The notes below the pieces were generated by a model. It made no database searches, was not told where the DNA came from, and saw nothing but the letters and a program-made list of their open reading frames with translations. Shown piece after piece: positions 18,946 to 29,632 of a stretch of DNA of 64,000 bases. The stretch lies in NCBI GenBank assembly GCA_947467435.1, contig CANIIA010000004.1:1384-65383 (forward strand), written 5' to 3'. How positions within the stretch are numbered: position 1 is the stretch's first letter; every line of letters begins with the position of its first letter. This DNA is from Betaproteobacteria bacterium (GTDB taxonomy: Bacteria; Pseudomonadota; Gammaproteobacteria; Burkholderiales; SG8-39). A program made the position numbers and the translations under genes.

Positions 18946-21708
18946 CTAATGCGCCTCGTCCCAATTGGCGCCAACGCCGATATCGATAATCAAGGGTACG
19001 TCTAATGCGCCGACGTTTTGCATCAGCCCGGGTAACGCGGCACGCACGTCATCGAGCTCGTCTGTCGGCACATCGAGTACCAATTCGTCATGCACTTGCA
19101 TGACCAGCTGCGCTTGACCTCGGCGTTGTTGCAGCCATTCGTGCACACGCACCATCGCGAGCTTGATTAAATCTGCCGCAGTGCCTTGCATCGGCGCATT
19201 GATTGCAGCACGTTCGGCCGCTTGTCGGCGCTGCATGCCGCTGCTCGTAATTTCCGGTAACCATAACCGCCGACCAAATACGGTCTCAACGTAACCGAGG
19301 CGGCGCGCTTTTTCGCGGGTTTCTTGCATATAGGTTGCAACACCTGGATAGCGTGCGAAATAGCTATTGATATAAGCCTGCGCAGTCGCGCGTTCAATAC
19401 CTAAATTTTGCGCTAAACCAAACGCCGACATGCCGTAAATCAAGCCAAAGTTAATGGCTTTGGCGGCACGTCGTTCATCACTGGTGACTTCATTGAGTGG
19501 TCGACCAAATACTTCGGCTGCAGTGGCGCGGTGTACATCGAGTCCGCGCGCAAATGCATCGCGTAGACCCGTATCGCCGGATAGATGCGCCATGATACGT
19601 AATTCAATTTGCGAATAATCCGCGCTCAACAATTGCCAACCCGCGGGCGCAATAAAGGCTTCACGAATACGTCGGCCTTGTGGCGTACGAATCGGAATAT
19701 TTTGTAGATTGGGATCGTTCGAAGCTAAACGTCCAGTGACTGCAACTGCTTGTGCGTAAGTGGTGTGTACGCGACCAGTTTGCGGGTTCACCATGCGCGG
19801 CAATTTATCGGTGTATGTCGATTTTAGTTTGGCGATGCCGCGATACTCCAACAACAACTTGGGTAGCGGATAGTCCGCAGCAAGTTCTTGTAAGACGTCT
19901 TCATCGGTTGAAGGTTGCCCACCCGGCGTTTTTTTCTTGACCGGTAAACCCTGGCGTTCAAAAAGAATTTCTTGAATTTGCTTGGGCGAATTTAAATTAA
20001 ACGGCTGACCGGCAGCAGCGTAGGCTCTTTGCTCAAGGGCAAGCATTTCGCGACCCAGCTCGTGGCTTTGTGCTTCGAGTCGCTGACTATCGAGTAACAC
20101 GCCGCGCCGTTCCATTGCTAACAGTACGGGCATGACGGGGAGTTCGATGTACTGATAGACGTACTGCAGCTTTTCATCAGCACAAAGTCGCGGAAATAAC
20201 ACGTCATGTATTTGTCGTGTGCAATCGGCATCTTCGGCGGCATAGGCCGTGGCGCGTTGGATATCGACTTCAGCAAATGAAATGCGTGATGCGCCTTTGC
20301 CCGTGACGGCATCGTAACTGATCGTATCCCAGCCTAAATGTCGACGCGATAAGGTGTCTAAGTCATGCCGCTCGTGCCCTTCATACACATACGATTCAAG
20401 CAAGGTGTCGTGCGCAATACCCGCTAACGTCACGCCATGATTGGCCAAAATATGCGCATCAAATTTTAAGTTTTGACCGACCTTAAAATGCGTCGCTGAT
20501 TCAAGCCATGGCTTGAGTAAATCGAGCGCGGCGTGCACGCCCAATTGTTCGGGGGCATCAGGGTAACGATGCGCAACGGGCACGTAGACCGCCTCGTTTG
20601 CAAAAGCAAAGGACAAGCCAACCAATTGCGAGCGCATTGGTTCAAGACCATCGGTTTCGGTATCAAAACCCGTGAGCGGCGAAGCATTTAATTGATTGAT
20701 TAACGCAGATAACTCGGCTGCGCTGATCACGCAGCGAACCACGCGTCGCGCAGGGATGGCTTGATGGGCGATGGGCGCGACGGGTGTGGCTGAAGTGGCT
20801 TGCGCATTTTCTGGCAAGGTACTGGCGTCGTTTGATCCACCGTCAAGCTCGCGCAACCAACTGCGAAAGCCATACCGTGAAAAAAGCGTGCGCAAGCGAT
20901 CGGTGTTCAGACCATCGTGCGTGAGGGCATCCAGCGTGACGGGCAATGCACAATCACATTTCACCGTGAGTAACCATCGTGCTTTCGGTAACCACGCAAG
21001 TGACGCTCGTAAATTCGCACCGACCACGCCGCCAATCTCGTCGGCATGCGCCATGATGTCGTCGAGTGTTGGGTATTGCGTCAGCCACTTGAGTGCTGTT
21101 TTTGGTCCGACTTTGGCTACACCGGGCACGTTGTCCACGCTGTCGCCGATCAATGTGAGGTAATCGACGATACGTGCTGGAGGAACGCCAAATTTTTGTA
21201 GCACACCGGCTGGATCGAGCACTTCGTTAGACATGGTGTTCACCAATGTCACGCTGTCATTCACGAGTTGCGCGAGATCTTTATCGCCCGTTGAAATCAC
21301 GCAACGCATACCGGCAGACCGCGCTTGCGTTGCTAAGGTGCCAATCACATCGTCGGCCTCGACGCCATCCACGGCTAAGATCGGCCAACCCAGCGCCTCA
21401 ACAATCGCGTGTATGGGTTCGAGCTGCTCGACCAATGCAGGCGGCATTGGTGCGCGGTGGGCTTTGTATTCTGCGTAGGCTGCGTCACGAAAGGTCGGTG
21501 CCTTGGTATCGAACACGCAGGCGCGCTGACTGGTTGGATAGTCTGCCGCGAGACGACGCAGCATGTTGACCACCCCGTAAATCGCCCCGGTATGTTCGCC
21601 CGCGCTGTTTTTTAGCTCGGGCATCGCGTGAAAGGCGCGATAAAGATAGGAGGAGCCATCCACGAGCAACAGCGTGCGCGCAGCGGAATCCGTGGTCGAA
21701 GTGGTCAT
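18946..21708 (-). CDS. polA: DNA polymerase I
   Basis: 5' nuclease LLLVDGSSYLYRAFHA, 3'-5' exonuclease FDTETDGL, and polymerase motifs DYSQIELRIMAHLS and QVHDELVLDV. ATG 21708 is preferred over the ORF-track TTG 21717. Confidence 0.95.
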   Translation of the reverse strand: MTTSTTDSAARTLLLVDGSSYLYRAFHAMPELKNSAGEHTGAIYGVVNMLRRLAADYPTSQRACVFDTKAPTFRDAAYAEYKAHRAPMPPALVEQLEPIHAIVEALGWPILAVDGVEADDVIGTLATQARSAGMRCVISTGDKDLAQLVNDSVTLVNTMSNEVLDPAGVLQKFGVPPARIVDYLTLIGDSVDNVPGVAKVGPKTALKWLTQYPTLDDIMAHADEIGGVVGANLRASLAWLPKARWLLTVKCDCALPVTLDALTHDGLNTDRLRTLFSRYGFRSWLRELDGGSNDASTLPENAQATSATPVAPIAHQAIPARRVVRCVISAAELSALINQLNASPLTGFDTETDGLEPMRSQLVGLSFAFANEAVYVPVAHRYPDAPEQLGVHAALDLLKPWLESATHFKVGQNLKFDAHILANHGVTLAGIAHDTLLESYVYEGHERHDLDTLSRRHLGWDTISYDAVTGKGASRISFAEVDIQRATAYAAEDADCTRQIHDVLFPRLCADEKLQYVYQYIELPVMPVLLAMERRGVLLDSQRLEAQSHELGREMLALEQRAYAAAGQPFNLNSPKQIQEILFERQGLPVKKKTPGGQPSTDEDVLQELAADYPLPKLLLEYRGIAKLKSTYTDKLPRMVNPQTGRVHTTYAQAVAVTGRLASNDPNLQNIPIRTPQGRRIREAFIAPAGWQLLSADYSQIELRIMAHLSGDTGLRDAFARGLDVHRATAAEVFGRPLNEVTSDERRAAKAINFGLIYGMSAFGLAQNLGIERATAQAYINSYFARYPGVATYMQETREKARRLGYVETVFGRRLWLPEITSSGMQRRQAAERAAINAPMQGTAADLIKLAMVRVHEWLQQRRGQAQLVMQVHDELVLDVPTDELDDVRAALPGLMQNVGALDVPLIIDIGVGANWDEAH

Positions 21709-21807
21709 GGGTGGCAACTTAAGCAGGCAACAGGCGAAAAGCGCAAAATTGATTTCGGCGCGGTGAGCGCAGATTATGGCAGAGCGTTCTGCTAGAATTT
21801 GTGCGTT

Positions 21808-22137
21808 ATGCGTAAGACACTCGCCTGCTTATTGAGCGTTGCCTCGATGCAAGTGGTGGCACAACAGCCACCCAAGCTTGAGCCGCTGCCCGCGCCGCCG
21901 CCGCCGCCACCTGGTGTGATCGACGACGATGGTCCGCGCGTGAACATCAGCAACAATCGCGAAGATCAGGTCGAGGAAATGCGCCAAAACGGCCGTGTGG
22001 TGATGATCAAAGTTACCCCGCCCGGTGGCGAGCCGTATTACCTCATCGATATGGCCGGCAACGGTCAATGGATCCGCCGCGACGCGCTGACACCCAGCCT
22101 GAGTGTCCCTCAGTGGACCATTAAAACATTCGACTGA
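21808..22137 (+). CDS. Small secreted protein, DUF2782-like
   Basis: Start trimmed to ATG 21808. Signal peptide MRKTLACLLSVASMQVVAQ, a PAPPPPPPG run and GGEPYYLID. It occupies the polA/thrB-neighbour position usual for this family. Confidence 0.65.
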   Translation: MRKTLACLLSVASMQVVAQQPPKLEPLPAPPPPPPGVIDDDGPRVNISNNREDQVEEMRQNGRVVMIKVTPPGGEPYYLIDMAGNGQWIRRDALTPSLSVPQWTIKTFD

Positions 22138-22141
22138 TCGC

Positions 22142-23095
22142 TTGGCGGTCTTTACCCCGGTCTCAGAAGAAGCCCTCACCGCCTGGCTGCGTCATCGCCC
22201 GGTGGGCACATTACGCTCGCTCACGCCGATTGCAGCGGGTATCGAAAATACCAACTACTTCGTGACCACCACGACGGGCCAATACGTTCTCACGCTGTTT
22301 GAGAAGCTCACGGATACCGAGTTACCTTTTTATCTTGGCTTGATGTCGCATTTGGCGGCGCACGGTGTCCCTGCCCCTGCGCCAATGCCTGCCGATGATG
22401 GCGCGCTGTTTCATCGACTAAATGACAAGCCCGCAGCGTTGGTGTCGCGCTTACCAGGGCGCTCGGTGATGCAACCCGACCCATCTGCGTGCGCACAATT
22501 GGGTACGGTGTTGGCGCGCATGCATTTATCGGGCCAATCCTTTGGCGGCACGCTAGAAAATCCACGTGGACCACGTTGGTGGCACGAGACCGCGCCACAA
22601 GTGATGCCGTTTTTAGATGCAACAGCGCAGACGGTATTGCAGGACGAGTTACGGTTTCAGGCGCAATCGCGTCATACCGATTTGCCTCGCGGCCCGGTAC
22701 ATGGTGACTTATTTCGTGACAACGTGCTGTTTGATGCAGACCATTTAACTGGCGTGATCGACTTTTATTTTGCCGGCGTCGATGCCTTGCTCTTTGATGT
22801 GGCGGTGTGCGCAAACGATTGGTGTTTGATCGATCATCAGCACGATCGACGATTATCTGCGCAACACTGCGATGCATTTTTACGTGCCTACGCTGCGCAG
22901 CGGCCGTTTGTTGACAGCGAGCGCGTCGCTTGGCCAGTGATGTTGCGTGCGGCAGCACTACGTTTTTGGTTATCGCGTTTGTTTGATTTTTATTTGCCTC
23001 GTGCAGGTCAGCTTGTGCATGCCCATGACCCGAATCATTTTTATGACGTATTGCAATTACGCACCCACGCTGCTGCAGCACCGGTCTTGCCATGA
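22142..23095 (+). CDS. thrB: Homoserine kinase, Pseudomonas/APH-fold type
   Basis: N-terminus (M)AVFTPVSEEALTAWL matches the family start only if TTG 22142 is used; it is in frame with ORF 22103. Motifs GIENTNYFV and catalytic HGDLFRDNVLF. Confidence 0.85.
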   Translation: MAVFTPVSEEALTAWLRHRPVGTLRSLTPIAAGIENTNYFVTTTTGQYVLTLFEKLTDTELPFYLGLMSHLAAHGVPAPAPMPADDGALFHRLNDKPAALVSRLPGRSVMQPDPSACAQLGTVLARMHLSGQSFGGTLENPRGPRWWHETAPQVMPFLDATAQTVLQDELRFQAQSRHTDLPRGPVHGDLFRDNVLFDADHLTGVIDFYFAGVDALLFDVAVCANDWCLIDHQHDRRLSAQHCDAFLRAYAAQRPFVDSERVAWPVMLRAAALRFWLSRLFDFYLPRAGQLVHAHDPNHFYDVLQLRTHAAAAPVLP

Positions 23096-23922
23096 GTGAG
23101 ACGCCGATCACACCGCAGACGCGTCTACTGCATGCCGGTCGAGGTTGGCGTTGGTTGGCCGCAGGGTGGGCGTTATTTCGCGTCTCTCCCATTGGCTGGT
23201 TAGCGTTGGTGTTTGGTTATTACTTGCTGATGAGCTTGATTGGGCTCATCCCAATCCCGTTTTTAGGGATGGTGATCGCCATGGTGTTGGTGCCCGGCTT
23301 ATCGATGAGCTTTATGGTGGCCAGTCGCCAAGCTGCGCGCGGTGAGGCAGTGCGCGTGCCGTTGTTATTTTCTGGTTTGCGTGCGCAAACACAAAAACAG
23401 TTACAACTTGGCGTGATTTATTTTGTGGCCCTGATGGTGCTGATGGCGTTAACCGCCTTGTCTGACCAAGGGGCGTTAATGCAGTTGTTTTTAGAGGGCA
23501 AGCGCCCTCTACCTGCTGGACCGGAAGCACAGCAACTGGTGAGCGGACTCGGTTTGGCCGCGTTGTTATATACGCCCATCATGCTGTTGTTTTGGTTTGC
23601 GCCCGCATTGGTTGCTTGGCATGCCATGAGCGTACCGAAGGCCTTATTTTTTTCGTTTTTCGCGTGCATCATGAATTGGCGCGCGTTTTTAACCTATGGT
23701 TTGGCCTGCCTACTGGTGCTCTTTTTACTGCCGCTCGCAGTGCTGCTCAGTATTGTGTTGATCACGGGCGGTCGCGTGCAGCCAGAAGTGATGGGCTTGA
23801 TGTTTCCATTTTTGCTGTCGTTATTACCCACGTTATTTGCAAGCTTTTACGTGAGTTATCGAGATATTTTTGATGACTCACCGCCAAACCCTGCGTCCGT
23901 AGACACACCATCGACAGATTAG
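23092..23922 (+). CDS. Polytopic inner-membrane protein of unknown function
   Basis: 276 aa with at least 5 hydrophobic helices and an ATGA overlap with the thrB stop. No catalytic motif or family confidently recognised. Confidence 0.6.
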   Translation: MSETPITPQTRLLHAGRGWRWLAAGWALFRVSPIGWLALVFGYYLLMSLIGLIPIPFLGMVIAMVLVPGLSMSFMVASRQAARGEAVRVPLLFSGLRAQTQKQLQLGVIYFVALMVLMALTALSDQGALMQLFLEGKRPLPAGPEAQQLVSGLGLAALLYTPIMLLFWFAPALVAWHAMSVPKALFFSFFACIMNWRAFLTYGLACLLVLFLLPLAVLLSIVLITGGRVQPEVMGLMFPFLLSLLPTLFASFYVSYRDIFDDSPPNPASVDTPSTD

Positions 23923-24032
23923 CCGTACAGCAAGCGGGGTTGTGTTTGCCCCTCAGAGTGCTGCCCCCTACGGTAGAATTTAGCCCCTTTCACACCAGAC
24001 AGCGACGTTCAACACGTCGTTAGAGCGTGAGC

Positions 24033-27000
24033 ATGCAACAGCTGCGCGAAATCCCATACAACTACACGTCGTTCTCCGATCGCGAGATCGTGTTGCGTTT
24101 ACTCGGGCCGGCGGCTTGGGAAACGATCCTCGAGCTGCGCGCGGAGCGTCGCACCGGACGTTCGGCGCGCATGTTGTACGAAGTGCTGGGTGAAATCTGG
24201 GTGGTGCAACGGAATCCGTATCTTGAAGCCGATTTACTAGAGCATCCGGCGCGTCGCGCGCAAATTTTAGATGGCATGCAGCGCCGGTTACGCGAGATCG
24301 AAGCGCGTCGTGGAGAGAACGACAAAGTAGAAGCGTTACTCGCATCGGCACGCGCCGCGGTGACGGCATTTGCGCAAGCGTTTGAAGCAACCCGCGAGCT
24401 ACGTAAAAAAACACTGCGCTTACTTTCGCGCGTCACGCGAAAAGATAACGTGAGCTTTGATGGCTTTGCGCGTGTATCACATGTCACCGATGCAACCGAC
24501 TGGCGTGTGGAATATCCCTTTGTCGTGATCACCCCAGATACCGAAGAAGAAGTGCTGCCGTTAGTGAGCGCGCTGATTCGGTTAGGTCTGACCATCATTC
24601 CGCGCGGCGGTGGGACAGGGTATACCGGCGGTGCAGTGCCGTTAAGCCGTCGCTCAGCGGTGATCAATACCGAAAAACTAGAAGCACTCAGTCAGGTCGA
24701 GCGCGTGGTATTGCCCGGATTACACACGCCAGTACCAACGATTCATTGTGGTGCCGGTGTCGTCACGCGACGCGTGATGGATGCCGCTGAACAAGCCGGC
24801 TTAGTGTTTGCGGTGGATCCCACGTCGGCAGATGCCTCATGCATTGGTGGCAACGTGGCCATGAACGCGGGTGGGAAAAAAGCCGTGCTGTGGGGAACCG
24901 CGATCGATAATTTGGCGGGCTGGCGCATGGTCACGCCCGATGCGCAGTGGTTGGATGTGGAGCGTATTGATCATAACTTAGGGCGTATTCACGACGCGCA
25001 GTCGGTCACGTTTCGGTTGCGTCGCTATCAAGCCGATCAACGCACGCTTGTTTCAGAATCGACCATCACTGTGCCGGGTCATTCATTTCGCAAAGTTGGT
25101 TTAGGTAAAGACGTCACAGATAAATTTTTATCTGGCTTACCGGGTATTCAAAAAGAAGGTACCGACGGAATCATCACCTCGGCTCGCTTTATTTTGCACC
25201 GGATGCCGGCACACATACGCACCGTTTGCTTAGAGTTCTTTGGAAGTGCACATGCCGCGGTGCCCGCCATTGTCGAGATCAAACAGTATCTTGATGCGCA
25301 TGTCAGTGCTCAATTGGCTGGCTTAGAGCATTTAGATGAGCGTTATGTTCGTGCAGTCGGTTACGCAACAAAATCGCGACGCAATCAACGTCCAAGGATG
25401 GTCTTGATTGGCGACATTGTGGGAGATGATGCAGATCAAGTTGGTGAAGCCGCGGCCGCGGTGGTGCGCATGGCCAATGCGCGTGGTGGCGAAGGTTTTG
25501 TGGCGGTGTCAGCAGAATCACGCAAACGCTTTTGGTTAGATCGTGCGCGTACCGCAGCGATTGCCAAACACACCAATGCATTCAAAATCAATGAAGACGT
25601 GGTGATACCGCTGCCACGTTTGGGCGACTATTCAGACGGCGTTGAGCGCCTCAACATCGAGCTATCCATCGACAACAAACTTGAACTCCTCGATGAACTC
25701 GACGCGTTCTTTGCTGGCGAATTACCGATCGTTCAAGATGATGTGCAATTAGCCAATGCCGAGGTGCTCGGCGAACGCCCACGCCAAGCGCGTGAAGCGA
25801 TTGCGCAGGTGCGTAGCCGTTGGCACTGGTTACGTCACAATCTGGATGCCACCTGCAGCGCTATTCCGGATCAAATGGCACGCATCGATGCGCAACCAAC
25901 CGATACCGTGTTAAGTGCGCTGCAGTCGTATGCCTTACGCGTGTCTTGGAAAACCGAGCTACGAGAAACCCTCAGACAAATTTTTGATGGTTTGGCATTT
26001 CGTCGTGTGCTCGAAGGAATGGATGCCACACATGCGCGAGTGCTAAAGGGTCGCGTGTTTATTGCGCTGCATATGCATGCAGGCGATGGCAATGTGCACA
26101 CGAACCTGCCGGTCAATTCGGATAATTATCGGATGTTGCAGCAAGCCAATGCGGCTGTGGCGCGCATTATGCAATTGGCGCGTGCCCTTGGTGGCGTGAT
26201 TTCAGGAGAACATGGGATTGGCATCACCAAGCTCGAGTATCTCGAGCCCGCAGAGCTTGAAGCGTTTCGTGCGTACAAACAACACGTCGATCCAGAGGGA
26301 CGTTTTAACGCCGGAAAATTATTGGCTGGCGCTACACTAGAAAATGCCTATACACCGAGTTTTTCGCTCTTAGGGGCTGAATCACTGATTCTTGAGCAAT
26401 CAGATTTAGGTCGCGTCAATGCGTCCATCAAAGATTGCCTGCGTTGCGGTAAATGTAAGCCGGTGTGCGCCACGCACGTGCCCCGAGCAAATTTACTGTA
26501 TTCACCACGTAATAAAATTCTCGCCACCTCGTTATTGACCGAAGCGTTTTTGTACGAAGAGCAAACGCGCCGCGGTGTTTCGTTGGCGCATTACGATACA
26601 TTTAGTGATGTCGCTGATCACTGTACGGTGTGTCATAAGTGTGCCAGCCCTTGCCCAGTCGACATCGATTTTGGCGATGTGTCGATGGCCATGCGCAACA
26701 TGTTGCGACGTCAAAAAAAGCGGCGTTTCAATCCAGGAACAGCCATCGCGATGTTGTTTTTAAACGCAACGGATCCATTGACGATCAAGTTAGTGCGTAC
26801 CGCGTTGGTGAGTGTGGGGTATCGTCTACAGCGAGCGGCACACAGTCTGGTGCGACGCTTGGGCTTGAGTCGCGCACAAACCAATCGCCCTCCCGAGACT
26901 ACGGGTAAGCCAGCGCTGCGTTCTCAGGTGATCCACTTTATTAATAAGCCCATGCCTGGACAGTTACCGAAAAAAACTGCGCGTGCGTTGTTAGATATTG

Positions 27001-27860
27001 AGGACGCCAAAATTGTGCCCATCGTGCGTGACCCGATGAAGGTCACCGAAGATTCGGATGCGGTCTTTTATTTTCCTGGCTGTGGATCAGAGCGTTTATT
27101 TTCGCAAGTGGGCTTGGCCACGCAGGCCATGCTGTACGCCATCGGCACGCAGTGTGTGTTGCCACCTGGTTACTTATGCTGTGGTTATCCGCAAACCGCT
27201 GCGGGCGAAGATGAAAAAGGCGAACAAATCATCGTACAAAACCGCGTGCTGTTTCATCGCTTAGCCACCACGCTCAATTATCTTGATATCAAAACCGTGA
27301 TCGTGTCTTGTGGGACGTGTTTAGATCAGCTCGAAAAATATGAATTCAGCAAAATTTTTCCAGGCTCACGCTTACTCGATATTCATGAATATTTGCTTGA
27401 AAAAGGCGTGAAGTTAGAGGGCGTACAAGGGGTGCAGTATTTGTATCACGACCCCTGCCACTCGCCGATCAAAACGCAAAAACCGATGGCTGTGGTGAAT
27501 GCGCTGGTGGGCGAGGCAACCTTAACCGAGCGCTGTTGCGGTGAATCGGGTACGTTAGCCGCAACGCGCCCTGACATCTCTACGCAAGTGCGTTTTCGTA
27601 AACAAGAAGTATTGATGCAAGGCATTCAACAACTCAGCACCAACACTGCGCTGAGTCCAATGGGCTCGATGACGCCCGAGGTAAAAATTCTAACCTCGTG
27701 CCCGTCTTGTTTGCAGGGCTTGTCGCGTTTTTCGGGTGATACGGGTGCGCAAGCTGATTACATCGTTGTGGAGCTAGCGCGTAAGCTGCTTGGTGAAGAT
27801 TGGATGCCGGCGTTCGTTGCGCGGGCGAATCAAGGCGGTATTGAGCGCGTATTACTGTAG
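24033..27860 (+). CDS. Fusion oxidoreductase: DUF3683-like N-terminus + FAD-linked oxidase (GlcD-like) + 2x[4Fe-4S]/CCG domain (GlcF/HdrD-like)
   Basis: N-terminal [16 protein letters not shown] and FAD-binding [16 protein letters not shown]. Ferredoxin motifs [11 protein letters not shown] and [11 protein letters not shown]. Two CCG motifs, GYLCCGYPQ and [12 protein letters not shown] 24033 or GTG 24027. Confidence 0.85.
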   Translation: MQQLREIPYNYTSFSDREIVLRLLGPAAWETILELRAERRTGRSARMLYEVLGEIWVVQRNPYLEADLLEHPARRAQILDGMQRRLREIEARRGENDKVEALLASARAAVTAFAQAFEATRELRKKTLRLLSRVTRKDNVSFDGFARVSHVTDATDWRVEYPFVVITPDTEEEVLPLVSALIRLGLTIIPRGGGTGYTGGAVPLSRRSAVINTEKLEALSQVERVVLPGLHTPVPTIHCGAGVVTRRVMDAAEQAGLVFAVDPTSADASCIGGNVAMNAGGKKAVLWGTAIDNLAGWRMVTPDAQWLDVERIDHNLGRIHDAQSVTFRLRRYQADQRTLVSESTITVPGHSFRKVGLGKDVTDKFLSGLPGIQKEGTDGIITSARFILHRMPAHIRTVCLEFFGSAHAAVPAIVEIKQYLDAHVSAQLAGLEHLDERYVRAVGYATKSRRNQRPRMVLIGDIVGDDADQVGEAAAAVVRMANARGGEGFVAVSAESRKRFWLDRARTAAIAKHTNAFKINEDVVIPLPRLGDYSDGVERLNIELSIDNKLELLDELDAFFAGELPIVQDDVQLANAEVLGERPRQAREAIAQVRSRWHWLRHNLDATCSAIPDQMARIDAQPTDTVLSALQSYALRVSWKTELRETLRQIFDGLAFRRVLEGMDATHARVLKGRVFIALHMHAGDGNVHTNLPVNSDNYRMLQQANAAVARIMQLARALGGVISGEHGIGITKLEYLEPAELEAFRAYKQHVDPEGRFNAGKLLAGATLENAYTPSFSLLGAESLILEQSDLGRVNASIKDCLRCGKCKPVCATHVPRANLLYSPRNKILATSLLTEAFLYEEQTRRGVSLAHYDTFSDVADHCTVCHKCASPCPVDIDFGDVSMAMRNMLRRQKKRRFNPGTAIAMLFLNATDPLTIKLVRTALVSVGYRLQRAAHSLVRRLGLSRAQTNRPPETTGKPALRSQVIHFINKPMPGQLPKKTARALLDIEDAKIVPIVRDPMKVTEDSDAVFYFPGCGSERLFSQVGLATQAMLYAIGTQCVLPPGYLCCGYPQTAAGEDEKGEQIIVQNRVLFHRLATTLNYLDIKTVIVSCGTCLDQLEKYEFSKIFPGSRLLDIHEYLLEKGVKLEGVQGVQYLYHDPCHSPIKTQKPMAVVNALVGEATLTERCCGESGTLAATRPDISTQVRFRKQEVLMQGIQQLSTNTALSPMGSMTPEVKILTSCPSCLQGLSRFSGDTGAQADYIVVELARKLLGEDWMPAFVARANQGGIERVLL

Positions 27861-27870
27861 GCGTTCACGC

Positions 27871-28302
27871 ATGACGGATTCTTTCTCGACGCCCCAGTGT
27901 GTGTTTTGCCAAAGCGAAGGCGGCACCCTCTTGTGGCAAGAGCCTTTGCTGCGCGTGGTGCGCGCTGACGAGGCTGGCTACGCTGGATTTTGTCGCATCA
28001 TTTTGCAACGTCACGTGCGTGAGATGACCGATCTCGCCCCGACGGAGCGTTTGCGTGTCATGACCGTGGTGTTTGCGGTCGAACAAGTGCTGCGCAATCT
28101 CATGTCACCAGACAAAATCAATCTCGCCAGTTTGGGTAATCAAACCCCACATCTACACTGGCATGTGATTGCGCGGTTCCACGCGGACCGGCATTTCCCT
28201 GACGCTGTGTGGTCTGCGCCAAAACGCGTGACCAAACAACCGGCGCAGTTGAGTGATGCCGAATTGACGCAGGCCTTGCGCACCGCGCTGCAGTCAGGCT
28301 AA
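27871..28302 (+). CDS. HIT (histidine triad) family protein
   Basis: Start trimmed to ATG 27871, 8 nt after the upstream stop. N-terminal CVFC and triad motif HLHWHVI. Confidence 0.85.
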   Translation: MTDSFSTPQCVFCQSEGGTLLWQEPLLRVVRADEAGYAGFCRIILQRHVREMTDLAPTERLRVMTVVFAVEQVLRNLMSPDKINLASLGNQTPHLHWHVIARFHADRHFPDAVWSAPKRVTKQPAQLSDAELTQALRTALQSG

Positions 28303-28312
28303 CGGCGCCTCG

Positions 28313-29617
28313 TTATTCATGTAGCGGTTGGACGCGTTGCGCAGGGAACACGGCGCTAAAAGTCGAACCCTGTCCGGGGGTGCTGTGGATCTCTAATTTT
28401 GCTTGATGGCGCGTGAGTACGTGTTTCACGATAGCCAACCCCAAGCCGGTTCCACCGGATTCGCGCGAACGACTGGTGTCGACGCGATAAAAGCGTTCTG
28501 TGAGGCGCGATAAATGTTGCGCCTCAATGCCAATGCCGGAATCGGTCACGCTCAATACCGCGTGCTCATCGCGTTGCGTCCACGTCACACGGATGGTACC
28601 GCCGGCTGGTGTGTATCGCACGGCGTTACTGGCCAAATTAGAAATTACGCTGATGATTTCTTGTGCGTTTCCTTTTAAGGTAAGCGCCTCGACCTCGCAA
28701 ATGAATTGATGTTTGCCATCCGATAGCGCCTGGATGGTTGGCATGACTTGTTGAATCAGGCTGGGCATCTCGATGATGCTTTCGGTGGAAGGTCGGGCAG
28801 CTGATTCGAGTGCGGAGAGCGTCAGCAAATCTTCAATCAATCGTTGCATACGCTCTGATTGTTCTGCCATTAACGCTAAAAAATGCGTGCGCTGTGCAGG
28901 CTCCAGTTCGATATCTGGATTAGCCAGTGTTTCGACAAATCCAGCCAGCACGGTGATTGGCGTTTTAAGTTCGTGCGAAACGTTGGCGACAAAGTCGCGC
29001 CGTAATCGTTCGATGTTTTCTTCGTGCGTGATGTCGCGCACCAATAGCAGCATGCGCTCGCTACCAAAGGCCACTGCTCGTACGGTGAGCACGCTGGCAT
29101 CACCACGGACGTTGCGCAAAATCAACGGCGCGGTATAAACACCTAAGCGCAGATACTCAACAAAGTCGGGATTACGAACCAAGTTGGTGATTGCACGACC
29201 TTGATCGCGTTCGGCATCAATGGCCAGTAAAAGCTCTGCGGTTGGATTAGCCCATTCGATCTGGTGCGCGGCATTGAGCGTGACCACGCCATCGGGCAAC
29301 GCACGTGCCGCGTCACGAAAACGCGCCATCGATTGCAATAAGCTTTGCACTTCTTTGTGTTGCGCTTTGTTGAGACGATAGAGTTCACCAAGCGGTAATT
29401 CCCAATCACCCGTGCCTTGCGGGATCGTCTCGAGGCGCGGTGCAGAGACCCATTGGGTGAGACGCGCCAATTGTCGCGTATGGTCTAGCGTGAGTAGCGC
29501 AAAGCAAATCGCAGCGGCCATCCATGCCCACCAGCCACCTGCATAAAAACCGACACACAGCGCAAGAACGGCAATCAGCAGGCTGCGCAACAAAAAGCTC
29601 ATCCAAGTGGCTTGCAT
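28313..29617 (-). CDS. phoR: Phosphate regulon sensor histidine kinase PhoR
   Basis: Two N-terminal TM helices, a PAS-like region, H-box FVANVSHELKTPITV and ATPase GGTGLGLAIVKH. Directly downstream of phoB. Confidence 0.9.
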   Translation of the reverse strand: MQATWMSFLLRSLLIAVLALCVGFYAGGWWAWMAAAICFALLTLDHTRQLARLTQWVSAPRLETIPQGTGDWELPLGELYRLNKAQHKEVQSLLQSMARFRDAARALPDGVVTLNAAHQIEWANPTAELLLAIDAERDQGRAITNLVRNPDFVEYLRLGVYTAPLILRNVRGDASVLTVRAVAFGSERMLLLVRDITHEENIERLRRDFVANVSHELKTPITVLAGFVETLANPDIELEPAQRTHFLALMAEQSERMQRLIEDLLTLSALESAARPSTESIIEMPSLIQQVMPTIQALSDGKHQFICEVEALTLKGNAQEIISVISNLASNAVRYTPAGGTIRVTWTQRDEHAVLSVTDSGIGIEAQHLSRLTERFYRVDTSRSRESGGTGLGLAIVKHVLTRHQAKLEIHSTPGQGSTFSAVFPAQRVQPLHE

Positions 29618-29632
29618 ATGATGGTGTGGGTT

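Noticed and set aside
22308-23192. 294-aa ORF antisense to thrB
   Set aside because: Same reasoning: low-complexity Arg/Ala/His-rich translation, no start context, and the opposite strand encodes a well-supported homoserine kinase.
25631-25640. TTCAGACGGC, the reverse complement of the Neisseria DNA uptake sequence GCCGTCTGAA
   Set aside because: It is a single copy inside a coding region. A DUS-using genome would show many copies in 64 kb, so this is treated as chance.
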